The translations under genes were made by a program, and so were the position numbers. The notes under the pieces are model-generated. The model saw nothing but the letters and a program-made list of their open reading frames with translations. It ran no database searches and was not told where the DNA came from. A stretch of DNA of 63,966 nt, the filler included, from a bacterium (lineage in GTDB: Bacteria; UBA9089; CG2-30-40-21; SBAY01): assembly GCA_040757115.1 (NCBI GenBank). It is 7 parts of 7 records of this genome, joined end to end, with 100 filler letters (N's around TTAATTAATTAA, not from the genome) between each part and the next. Parts side by side here need not be neighbours in the genome. Positions count along the whole stretch, not along the records: positions 1 to 29,334 come from JBFLYA010000023.1; 6 more parts are not named here. One strand, given 5' to 3'. The first letter of the stretch is position 1. Each line of letters starts with the position of its first letter. Of this stretch, positions 1 to 10,410 are shown piece after piece.

Positions 1-97
1 TGCATTGTAATTTTGATATTTGCATTTTGATATTTACATTAAAGTTCTTCTTGCTATCGCTCTCCCCAAAAGAGGAACCTATTTATGAAAAAGCAAT
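1..97. mobile_element. End of an IS630-type MITE inserted in a REP hairpin loop (window edge)
   Basis: Terminal 30 nt match the IS630 end near 21899-21928 at about 24/30. Reverse complement of 52974-53070. Directly followed by the half hairpin AAGGTTCGCACTAC. Confidence 0.6.
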
Positions 98-203
98 AAG
101 GTTCGCACTACATTTATCGAATGTCACGGGTTAATTCGTGTCCTTATGTGGTTAATTCCCCTAATTCTCTGTGAACTCTGTGCCTCTGTGGCTGAACGCT
201 TAC
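98..203. repeat. Right part of family-B IS66-type MITE
   Basis: Matches the reverse complement of about 6100-6205; ends CTGAACGCTTAC. Confidence 0.75.
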
Positions 204-269
204 GAGTAATGCACCTTGAACAGTTACGAATTTTGAATTTTGGTCATTTTCACAAGGAACAAATTAAGG

Positions 270-1791
<1,522 letters not shown>

Positions 1792-1815
1792 ATTATCCTT
1801 ATTCCTGCTCCTATT

Positions 1816-2454
1816 CTAAATTGGAAAGAGTTCGCGGGCATCTTTTAGCAAATCAACTCGCTTTCTCTCAAAACCTGATGGTTGTTTTGAAGGGAGTTGG
1901 GCTAACATATCTGTCAATTTAGCCAGAGGCAAACCAATAACATTTGTATAGCACCCGTTTATCTTCTCAATAAATTGAGCCCCACGACCTTGAATACACA
2001 ATCCGCCTGCTTTATCTAAAGGCTCTTTGGTAATTACATACCCGGCAATCTGTGGTTCAGAGAGTTTTTTCATTGTTACCTCAGTTGTTACGCTTTCAAC
2101 TAAGGTATTTTTGGTAAAGGTATCAATAAGGGCTATGCCAGTTATAACCCTATGAGTCGTGCCTGATAATTCGCCTAACATCTTTTTTGCTTCTTCATCA
2201 TTTCTTGGTTTACCAAATATTTTATCGCCTAAAGCCACAACTGTGTCTGCACCAAGGACTATTCCGGCTTTAAACTTTTTAGCTACATTTTCAGCCTTGG
2301 CTAAAGCTAATTTACAGACCCAGGCCTCAATGGCCATACCTTCGTCCCTGACCTCAGATATCTCTGGCGGGATTACTGTTACCTCAATCCCAATCTGTTC
2401 TAATAGTTTTTTCCGTTGAGGTGAAGAAGAGGCTAAAATTAAGTGATGATACAT
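1816..2454 (-). CDS. maf: Maf-family nucleoside triphosphate pyrophosphatase
   Basis: LILASSSPQRKKLL, GADTVV, KAGG, NVIGLP motifs; start placed at the ATG after the GAGGGAG SD. Confidence 0.93.
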   Translation of the reverse strand: MYHHLILASSSPQRKKLLEQIGIEVTVIPPEISEVRDEGMAIEAWVCKLALAKAENVAKKFKAGIVLGADTVVALGDKIFGKPRNDEEAKKMLGELSGTTHRVITGIALIDTFTKNTLVESVTTEVTMKKLSEPQIAGYVITKEPLDKAGGLCIQGRGAQFIEKINGCYTNVIGLPLAKLTDMLAQLPSKQPSGFERKRVDLLKDARELFPI

Positions 2455-2518
2455 ATTACAACTCCCTCTCATTGTAGATGGTTAGCGTCTGTCTTCAAGG
2501 ATTCTTGTCCTATTATTT

Positions 2519-2861
2519 GGTGGTGTCTGAAAATAACTCTAATAGTGAAATCTATGCAGATTTGGTGTCCAAAAGGGATTTCCTCCAAAGAGCAAAATGC
2601 AAAAAGCAAATATAAAAATTACATATCAAAATGTAAAATTATCTCTTTCCTTTCAGCGTTAAAATACTTGAAGCAAAGATATTACCAAATTCCTCCAACT
2701 CTTTGAGAAACCCTGTTACTTCCTCTTTGAAATTTGATTTGTAATTTTGCATTTTGATATTTAATATTTGATATTTGATATTTATTTGTTGTCTCCCTCA
2801 AATCCTATTTTGCAGAACCCTATACACTATTTTAACCTTTATGCTAGATTAAGACACCACC
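2519..2861. mobile_element. IS1-type MITE with composite cargo
   Basis: GGTGGTGTCT...AGACACCACC TIRs, as in the IS1 at 43841; same ~40-bp ends as 29822-30021 but a different interior. Confidence 0.75.
2639..2752 (-). pseudogene. Internally deleted four-helix-bundle gene remnant (37 codons)
   Basis: MQNYKSNFKEEVTGFLKELEEFGNIFASSILTLKGKR*; the C-terminus resembles four-helix-bundle proteins; the same tail occurs at 47253-47310. Confidence 0.5.
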
Positions 2862-2986
2862 CACTTTTACAGGACGGATAGATTTGTGATTTGGAATTTT
2901 GCAATTTACTCCGTTCTCCACCATAACCATATTTGTCCAGTAAAACTTGTGGGACAAACTTGCTGATACCTGACCGCACAACGCCT

Positions 2987-3889
2987 TCAATAATCTGTTA
3001 ATTGATAATTATCCTCTTCCTCCCATTCTCTTATCTTTTTCTTGACCTGATGTCGCTTTATCATATAAACCACAAGACATAAAACAGGAAATATAAGCCA
3101 GAGTAAATAACTACTCGTAACAACAGAAACCCAGTTAAATCTTTTCTTCAAAGACGCATACCAGTTAGTTTCTAACTTCCCAAAATCCATCCCGAATGAT
3201 TTGTTAAAGGCTGAATTAAATTCAGTGCCATAACTTAATTCTTTTATTAACTTAATAACCTTTTCTTTACCATACCGATTTATCATAAACAAAACAATAT
3301 CAAAACTTTGTGCATAAGCTAATTGTGTTTGGAAGTCATCCCGGGGAAAGGTATAAGTGAGACTTGAAAAAGGGAGTAATTTGTCAGTCAGATATGCCTG
3401 ACCGAGGTACATATTATTTACTAATTGCCATTCTTTCGCCTCATACATAGCCAGCCCTTCATTTAACCATCGTGGTAAATAGCCTTTTTTGAACACCGCA
3501 CCTAAGACAATATGAGTAAGTTCATGCCTGATTGTTTTTTCAAGGGTAATATTTAGATTACTTTTAGGTGATTGAATGACAATAATGTTATCTTTACCAA
3601 CACAGGCTTGTCCCACAATTTGTTTTTGGACACCTTTATTGGCTAACTCAAACTCTTTTCGAGAAGGAAAAATAAAGATAAAAGTCCGTTGGTCCACAGT
3701 AAATCCAATATCGGCAGTAATTGTTTGATAAGATTCTTCGGCGATTTGAATAGTTCTAAGTGCTACCTTTTTATCAGATTGCGTGAAATGTATCATAAAA
3801 TGTTGACTTTGTAGAGATTGCCATTGTTGTGAGCAAAGAGAGAAAGGGAAAAAGAGAAAACATACGATGATAATAATTTTATTTACCAT
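2987..3889 (-). CDS. Peptidase MA-like metalloprotease, signal peptide and C-terminal TM helix
   Basis: HELTH (HExxH) followed by PRWLNEGLA. Confidence 0.85.
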   Translation of the reverse strand: MVNKIIIIVCFLFFPFSLCSQQWQSLQSQHFMIHFTQSDKKVALRTIQIAEESYQTITADIGFTVDQRTFIFIFPSRKEFELANKGVQKQIVGQACVGKDNIIVIQSPKSNLNITLEKTIRHELTHIVLGAVFKKGYLPRWLNEGLAMYEAKEWQLVNNMYLGQAYLTDKLLPFSSLTYTFPRDDFQTQLAYAQSFDIVLFMINRYGKEKVIKLIKELSYGTEFNSAFNKSFGMDFGKLETNWYASLKKRFNWVSVVTSSYLLWLIFPVLCLVVYMIKRHQVKKKIREWEEEDNYQLTDY

Positions 3890-4050
3890 TTTAATCTTAT
3901 CTCAATTATTCCGTTTTTTACCCCTTTAAGTGATGAAACCATAGCCAGAAGGGTATTATACATAAAATCAGCCACAAAATGACCAAGTGGTATTTTTTTA
4001 CCATTTATTTTTATTTCTATTTTTGGCTCATTAACTTTATTTTCCATCAT
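3883..4050 (-). CDS. Small hypothetical protein
   Basis: ORF overlapping the peptidase start; SD supplied by the ATTTTCAGGAG repeat half-site. Confidence 0.55.
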   Translation of the reverse strand: MMENKVNEPKIEIKINGKKIPLGHFVADFMYNTLLAMVSSLKGVKNGIIEIRLKW

Positions 4051-4210
4051 TCTCCTGAAAATAGTTTTTTCACGCAAAGGACGCAAAGGTAATTTTTTCC
4101 CTTATTTCCCTTTGGGTTCTTTGCGTGCTTGGCGTGAAACTTCCTTTTCCCTGAAAATAGGGGTTCGGGGATTCTTTTATTCCCGAATCCCTTTATTTTC
4201 ATCCTCCTTC
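4051..4210. repeat. Family-D repeat array remnant
   Basis: CTCCTGAAAAT...CCCTGAAAAT...ATTTTCATCCTCC with palindromic cargo between sites. Confidence 0.6.
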
Positions 4211-4275
4211 TTCTCCAAAGAGCAAAATGCAAAAAGCAAATATAAAAATTACATATCAAAATGTAAAATTATCTC

Positions 4276-4502
4276 GTAACTATTCAGCCACAGATGGACA
4301 CGGATGAAACACTGAAAATTCGTAATCCGTGTCCGTTTTCCGTGTCCGTAATTAGGCTGATGGCTGATGGCTGAAAATTCAGGTATAGTGCCTCGTGTCT
4401 CCTCTCCTTCTCCGTTTCTCCCTTTCTTCGTTTCCCCGTTTCCCCTCTGCCCTCTGCTATTTATCCGTGCTAATCCGTGTTAATTAGTGGCTGAATAGTT
4501 AC
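4276..4502. mobile_element. Family-E IS66-type MITE
   Basis: Perfect TIR GTAACTATTCAGCCAC / GTGGCTGAATAGTTAC; related copies at 16521, 35423 and 57871. Confidence 0.75.
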
Positions 4503-4504
4503 AG

Positions 4505-5986
4505 TTATTCTTCATGAAAGATTAAGCCTGTAAAGATATAGATTTCTGTCTCTTTTTCTTTCCAGGCGTTTGGCGGGAGGCCCGCTTTATAACAGGTATG
4601 GGTAAGGAATTGTTCACGATTCCAACCTTGCTCGGTGGCTACCTGAGGAAGAAGTAAGCCTGAATTATACCCTTTGACCATATAAAGTCCATGTTTGCCT
4701 ATTTCAATTTGCTCAATATCATTTATTCGTGTTAATTCTGAGAGAACCGTAATTTCAATCTTTATCTGGTCTAATTCATCTTTGGTTACAGGTGAAAATC
4801 TTGGGTCTTCTGTTGCGGCGGCAATAGCCATTTTACTCACAGCTTGAGCTACTGGGGCAATAGCCTTGATGTAACCAATACAACCACGCAATTGCTTATT
4901 TTTGGTAAGGGTAACAAATGCACCCGCCGGCTCTTGAAGCTCGGGATAATCATCTACCTCTACTGGTGGAATGTGCCTGTTTTTAATATAATCTTCTATC
5001 GTCCTTCTGGCAATTTTAAGCAATACCCCTTGTTCTTCCTTATCTAACATCATAGCTTTTTCCTCCTTTTGTGCAAAGATAACTGCTCCATAGCCAACTA
5101 CTTTTGATTTATCACCAATTATTGGCACATCACCCGAATTAGCATAATTTAAAACAGTTGCCTGGTGGATTCCAAGTTCTTTGGTGACCAACATTAATGT
5201 CAAAACCGCCCCAACTCCACAAAGCAAGGTGCTACATTTCTCATGGGGTTCATTGAGCCAGGCAACTAATTCATTAATATTCATCTCTTTGATTAAAGAG
5301 AGGGTTTTTTTATCTACCTTGTTGGCTATTTCATAAGGTGGATAATGAGTCATATCGGATGAGGCAATGAATAAAATATTTTTGCCTTTACTATTTAAAA
5401 TAAGACTTCTGGCTAAAACTTGAGCGTCATTTGGATTACTCATAAGTATTGGAACAATTTTAAATTCTTTCAATACCCGTTGAAGAAAAGGGATTTCAAC
5501 TTCTAACGAATGCTCTTTCTCATGGACTTGAGGTAAAGATTTAATTTTTGGGTCTGACTTGATTAATGCAGAGGTCAGCTCAGTGTCTATCTTTACCAAT
5601 CCAAATGGTGTCTGATAAGCATCAGATGTATCAACGGCAATACCATCAAAATGGGCAAAATGGCTCATTCCTATTATCACTACGGTATCAAATGAAAGTC
5701 CTTCGAGTTGTTTAAAACAATGAGCCGCGACCTCTCCTGAATAATCATACCCGGCGTGAGGCACCATTAAACCAATTATTCTACCCTCAATCTTTTCTTT
5801 TTGGACATTATTTAAGAAGCCGTTGATTTGATTTTTTAACTCTGTTGGGTCAGCGGGATAAAAACCACCAGCCACTGCTGGCTGACGAATATTTTGAGGA
5901 ATGTCTTTGCTCGGAGTTTGTGTTTGTGAACATCCCTGAACAGGTAATAATAGGCTTAAACTGATAATAAGTAATTTGTGCCACAT
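4505..5986 (-). CDS. AmmeMemoRadiSam protein B (Memo) - protein A (AMMECR1) fusion with signal-like N-terminus
   Basis: RQPAVAGGFYP, PHAGY, EHSLEV, SSDMTHY, then GAFVTL..LRGCIG, GLLLPQV. The upstream ORF extension is repeat-derived. Confidence 0.9.
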   Translation of the reverse strand: MWHKLLIISLSLLLPVQGCSQTQTPSKDIPQNIRQPAVAGGFYPADPTELKNQINGFLNNVQKEKIEGRIIGLMVPHAGYDYSGEVAAHCFKQLEGLSFDTVVIIGMSHFAHFDGIAVDTSDAYQTPFGLVKIDTELTSALIKSDPKIKSLPQVHEKEHSLEVEIPFLQRVLKEFKIVPILMSNPNDAQVLARSLILNSKGKNILFIASSDMTHYPPYEIANKVDKKTLSLIKEMNINELVAWLNEPHEKCSTLLCGVGAVLTLMLVTKELGIHQATVLNYANSGDVPIIGDKSKVVGYGAVIFAQKEEKAMMLDKEEQGVLLKIARRTIEDYIKNRHIPPVEVDDYPELQEPAGAFVTLTKNKQLRGCIGYIKAIAPVAQAVSKMAIAAATEDPRFSPVTKDELDQIKIEITVLSELTRINDIEQIEIGKHGLYMVKGYNSGLLLPQVATEQGWNREQFLTHTCYKAGLPPNAWKEKETEIYIFTGLIFHEE

Positions 5987-6099
5987 TTTAATATATCCAT
6001 AGGAAGTAGAGAGTAGAAAGTAGAGAGTAGAGAGAAAATCTTTCCTCCACCTATGTTTCCCTATTTTCATTCTTCTCGGTTCATGTCCGTTCTCCTGAA

Positions 6100-6341
6100 G
6101 TAACCGTTCAGCCACAGAGGCACAGAGTTCACAGAGAATTAGAGAAATTAGCCACAAATGGACACGAATTAACCTGTGACATTCGATAAATGTAGTGCGA
6201 ACCTTTAGGTTCGCTTTCCTGCTTGCCAGAAGCGAGGCTAAAGCCTCGCACTACAAATCTTTTTATTATTCGTGTTCATTCGTGGTTATATATTCCCTCT
6301 GTGTTCTCTGTGACTCTGTGGCTATATCCCTGAACGGTTAC
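6100..6341. mobile_element. Family-B IS66-type MITE containing a REPIN-like doublet
   Basis: TIR GTAACCGTTCAG; 8-bp TSD CTCCTGAA (6092-6099 / 6342-6349); inserted into a family-D repeat; internal GTAG-hairpin...hairpin-CTAC. Confidence 0.85.
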
Positions 6342-6362
6342 CTCCTGAAAATATCCGCAAGA

Positions 6363-7154
6363 TTATTTTCCTTCAGCCTCAGCTTTGAGTGGCCACTCTT
6401 CTTTATTAAAGAATGCCTTTAATTTTTCCTCAACGATTCTGGGGTTATCACCGGCTTGAATAGATAAAACACCTGTAACAATCAGGTCTTTTACAAAAAC
6501 CTCATTTTCATTTAATCTTTTTAATTTCATAGCAATAGGAATAAGAACCAGGTTAGCCAGAGCAACACCATAGAAAGAGGCAATAAACGCAATTGCCAGC
6601 GAGTGAACCGTGGTCATAATGTCTCCACCCCCCATTTTCCCCAGGGCACCGGTTAGCCCCATAATCGCGCCTAAAATTCCCATAGTTGGGGCAATACCTC
6701 CGGCAGACATAAAAATATCCTCGCCTAATTTATGTCTATGTTTCATATGGGTTAAATCTATATCAAGGATTTCCTCAATCAATTCGGGGTCTACGCCATC
6801 CACCACTAACTGAATGCCTTTTTGAAAATATGGGTCTTTAATATTTTCGATATCTGCTTCTAAAGCTAATAATCCTTCGCGTCGAGCCTTCTGAGCAAAA
6901 GCAATCATTGTTTCAATAATCTCTTTTGGTTCTTCTTCCTTATTAAAAAACATAATTTTTAGGAAGGTTGGCGTCTTCATTAATTCCTTCATCGTGAACA
7001 TCGCCCCGGTCGCCAGCACTGAGCCTGAACCAATGATGACCGCACCAGGGATGTTCAAATATCCCTGACCAACTATTCCTATCTCTTCAAGTAACACACA
7101 ACCAACACAAGCGGCAATACCACCTATGATTCCAAAGACACTAACTATATCCAT
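6363..7154 (-). CDS. motA: Flagellar stator protein MotA/PomA
   Basis: ARREGLLALE, GIQLVVDG, APTMGILG, SIQAGDNPR. Confidence 0.92.
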   Translation of the reverse strand: MDIVSVFGIIGGIAACVGCVLLEEIGIVGQGYLNIPGAVIIGSGSVLATGAMFTMKELMKTPTFLKIMFFNKEEEPKEIIETMIAFAQKARREGLLALEADIENIKDPYFQKGIQLVVDGVDPELIEEILDIDLTHMKHRHKLGEDIFMSAGGIAPTMGILGAIMGLTGALGKMGGGDIMTTVHSLAIAFIASFYGVALANLVLIPIAMKLKRLNENEVFVKDLIVTGVLSIQAGDNPRIVEEKLKAFFNKEEWPLKAEAEGK

Positions 7155-7163
7155 TTTTGTCTT

Positions 7164-7744
7164 CTCCTGAAAATAAGGAAGTAGAAAGTAGAGAGTAGAA
7201 AGTAGAAAGTAAAGAAAACATCACTCCTCACGCCTATCTCCTTACCTCCCATCTTCTATCTCCTACCACTATTTTCATTCTCATTTGTGAACCAACGGTT
7301 CATGACCGTTTCCCCTGAAAATCGGGACTCGGGACTCGGGGTTCGGGAAGAAAGAAACTCTCAGCAATTCCCCCTTAATAAAGGGGGTTAGGGGGTTGTC
7401 CTTCTCCCATTTTCATTGCCCTTTGTGAGCCCTGGCTCATGTCCGTTTCCCCTGAAAATAAGGAAGTAGAAAGTAGAGAGTAGAAAGTAGAAAGTAAAGA
7501 AAACATCACTCCTCACGCCTATCTCCTTACCTCCCACCTTCTATCTCTTACCACTATTTTCATTCTCATTTGTGAACCAACGGTTCATGAGCGTTTCTCC
7601 TGAAAATCGGGACTCGGGACTCGGGGTTCGGGAAGAAAGAAACTCTCAGCAATTCCCCCTTAATAAAGGGGGTTAGGGGGTTGTCCTTCTCCCATTTTCA
7701 TTGCCCTTTGTGAGCCCTGGCTCATGTCCGTTTCCCCTGAAAAT
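7164..7744. repeat. Family-D array: four ~52-bp structured repeats with alternating cargo (285-bp tandem duplication)
   Basis: Repeats at 7271-7322, 7409-7459, 7556-7607 and 7694-7744; half-site at 7164-7174. Confidence 0.9.
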
Positions 7745-7864
7745 AGTTTTTGCCACAAAGACTCAAAGGCACAAAGTATAAATTTTATGGTGACTCAATT
7801 ATTACATTTATTATAATATATAATTTTATTGATGTCAAGAAAAAATTTGGCAAGATTATGAAAC

Positions 7865-9070
7865 TCAAGTAGTATAATGGGCATTAAGGCGGACATATTC
7901 CATAGATAAATCACTGCCTAAGACCATTATTTCCTGTCTGCCTTGTTTTAAGTCAATCGTAATTAAGATTTCTTTTTGAGATAAGATATTTTTAACTTTA
8001 TCTAAATTAAAAGCTATGCCCTGTCCATTTTTTGCAATTAATTCTCGGTCGAAATAGATATCAATTATGTTCGGATTTATTTTTATCCCGGAATACCCAC
8101 AGGCAGTTATAATTCTTCCCCAATTAGGGTCCTGACCATAAAAGGCACATCTAACGAGTTGTGATTTGGCAACACTCATTGCGACCTGTTTTGCCTCAAG
8201 AAATGATTTTGCTCCTTTAACATTAATTTTTAGAAGTTTAGTTACCCCTTCTCCTTCTTCTACCATCTTTTGGGCTAAATTTGAACATACATAATCTAAT
8301 GACTGTTGGAATTTGTTGAAATCATTCGTGTTAGAAGAAGTTATCACTTCATTTTTTGCAAGACCATTGGCTAAAAGAATAACCATATCATTTGGGCTTG
8401 TATCTCCATCAATGGTGATTAAGTTAAAGGATTTATTCACCGCCGTAGTTAATGCCTTTTTTAATAATCTTTTACTGATAGCGACATCTGTAGTGATAAA
8501 AACTAACATTGTGGCTAAATTTGGGCATATCATTCCGGCGCCCTTTGCCATAGCGCCTATTTTTGCCTTAATTCCACCAGTTAGTTCAAATTCCAGAGCA
8601 ATCTCTTTAGGTTTAGTATCCGTTGTTAGAATAGCCCATGCGGCATCTTCACTTTTTGGACCCAGGAATTTAATTAATTGTTTTATTCCCTTTTCAATCT
8701 TTTCCATTGGTAATGGTTTTCCAATGATACCTGTGGAGGCAACTAAAACCGTCTTTATCGGCACGCCAAGAGAAAGTGCAGTAATTTGTGCCATTTTTTT
8801 AGCATCTTTTAACCCTTGCTTGCCGGTACAGGCATTAGCATTTCCACTATTAATGATGATAGCGTGGATTTTTTTTGAGGTTTGTAGATGTTCTTTTGTT
8901 ACAATTAAAGGAGCAGCCTTAAGTTTATTCCTGGTAAATAGAGCTACAGCCGTAGCGGGTATCGGGGAATAGATAAGCGCTATATCTTTTTTCTCTGGTT
9001 TTATGCCGCAGTGCCCTCCGGCAGTTAAAATGCCATTTATAGATGTAATCCCACCATTTATCTCTTTCAT
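7865..9070 (-). CDS. argJ: Bifunctional ornithine acetyltransferase / N-acetylglutamate synthase
   Basis: NSGNANACTG, STGIIG, TTDT, KGAGMICPNLATML, DPNWGRI. Confidence 0.97.
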   Translation of the reverse strand: MKEINGGITSINGILTAGGHCGIKPEKKDIALIYSPIPATAVALFTRNKLKAAPLIVTKEHLQTSKKIHAIIINSGNANACTGKQGLKDAKKMAQITALSLGVPIKTVLVASTGIIGKPLPMEKIEKGIKQLIKFLGPKSEDAAWAILTTDTKPKEIALEFELTGGIKAKIGAMAKGAGMICPNLATMLVFITTDVAISKRLLKKALTTAVNKSFNLITIDGDTSPNDMVILLANGLAKNEVITSSNTNDFNKFQQSLDYVCSNLAQKMVEEGEGVTKLLKINVKGAKSFLEAKQVAMSVAKSQLVRCAFYGQDPNWGRIITACGYSGIKINPNIIDIYFDRELIAKNGQGIAFNLDKVKNILSQKEILITIDLKQGRQEIMVLGSDLSMEYVRLNAHYTT

Positions 9071-9080
9071 TTAAAACTCT

Positions 9081-9229
9081 TCTCCTGAAAATAAGGAAGT
9101 AGAAAGTAGAGAGTAGAAAGTAAAGAAAACATCACTCCTCACGCTTATCTCCCTATCTCCCACCTTCTATCTCCTACCACTATTTTCATCCTCATTTGTG
9201 AACCAACGGTTCATGAGCGTTTCTCCTGA
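9081..9229. repeat. Family-D unit upstream of argJ
   Basis: Near-identical to 7164-7318; supplies the AGGAG SD of argJ. Confidence 0.8.
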
Positions 9230-9240
9230 TAACTGAAATG

Positions 9241-9474
9241 GTAACCGTTCAGATAGTAATTCACCGCAGAGGGACAGAGAAGACATGGAAATAAATCAGA
9301 TAACAGAAAAGATTAGGTAATACATAAAACATCAAAACCAAATTTGTTAATCAATCATGATATGTCGGTTCTTAAAAGCTTGCCCTGATGAAAATCAGGG
9401 ATGGAATAAAGTGTGTGGTAAATAGTTTTTTATTTTTTTCTCTGCGTCTCTGTGTCTCTGCGGTGAACGGTTAC
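9241..9474. mobile_element. Family-C IS66-type MITE
   Basis: TIR GTAACCGTTCA; 8-bp TSD CTGAAATG; MEINQITEKI remnant at 9285. Confidence 0.8.
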
Positions 9475-9535
9475 CTGAAATGGAGTATTGGAGATAATTC
9501 TATCACTCCCTTACTCCAATTCTCCCTCACTCTAA

Positions 9536-10387
9536 CTAAATTTGCTCTCTAAAATTTTTGACTTCTTCAAATTCTTTTATTAATACTTCTGAATTAGTAT
9601 TTTTAATCAAATCTTCCCATTTCTCAAGGATTTTTTTAAAATTATCAATAGATTTTAAAAGTTCCTCTTGATTGGTCAGGCAAATATCTCGCCACATCAC
9701 CGGATGACTGGCGGCTATTCGGGTTGTATCTTTAAATCCAGAGGCTAATAGCGATATGATTTTTTTATCCTGCATTTTTATTAAATCAACTAAGGCTGTG
9801 GCGATGATATGAGGTAGATGACTTGAGTAAGCAATTAATTCATCGTGTAGTTCTGGGGACATTTCTACTACCTTTGCTCCAATACCTTCCCATAACAAGC
9901 GAACAGTTGATATTGCCTTACCATTAGTTTGAGGAATAGGAGTGATGACACAGGTTGCTCCTTCAAATAAGTCAGGTTTTGCGACCTCAATTCCAGACTC
10001 CTCTGAGCCGGCTAAAGGATGTGCACCAACAAAATGTATCTCACCAGAACTAAAGGACGGGGTAAGTTTTCTTACAATTTTTTGCTTGGTGCTCCCAACA
10101 TCCATAACAATAGTTCCCATCTTTAAATAAGGCACCATCTGGTTAGCGATGTCCATAATCGAATTAACCGGGACGGCTAAAATAACTAAATCTACCTTTT
10201 TTACCCCAAAGTAAATATCAGTTACAATTGAGTCAACGGCGCCTAATTTTAATGCCTGTTGTAATTTTTCTTCTCGGCGGCCAATACCAATTATATTTTG
10301 AACTAAATTAGCCTTTTTTAAAGCCAATCCTAATGAGCCGCCAATTAATCCGACGCCAATTATGGCTATTGATTTTATCCCTTCCAT
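9536..10387 (-). CDS. tyrA: Prephenate/arogenate dehydrogenase
   Basis: GVGLIGGS, DVGSTK, HPLAGSE, SHLPH, DTTRIA. Confidence 0.95.
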   Translation of the reverse strand: MEGIKSIAIIGVGLIGGSLGLALKKANLVQNIIGIGRREEKLQQALKLGAVDSIVTDIYFGVKKVDLVILAVPVNSIMDIANQMVPYLKMGTIVMDVGSTKQKIVRKLTPSFSSGEIHFVGAHPLAGSEESGIEVAKPDLFEGATCVITPIPQTNGKAISTVRLLWEGIGAKVVEMSPELHDELIAYSSHLPHIIATALVDLIKMQDKKIISLLASGFKDTTRIAASHPVMWRDICLTNQEELLKSIDNFKKILEKWEDLIKNTNSEVLIKEFEEVKNFREQI

Positions 10388-10410
10388 CTCACTATCCCCT
10401 GTTCTTTCTC

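Noticed and set aside
7271-7744. CRISPR array
   Set aside because: Repeats are ~52 bp and of two types; spacers are 86-96 bp, duplicated and themselves repetitive; no cas genes are present.
8313-8972. 219-aa ORF antisense to argJ and other shadow ORFs
   Set aside because: They overlap well-supported genes and show no recognisable motifs.
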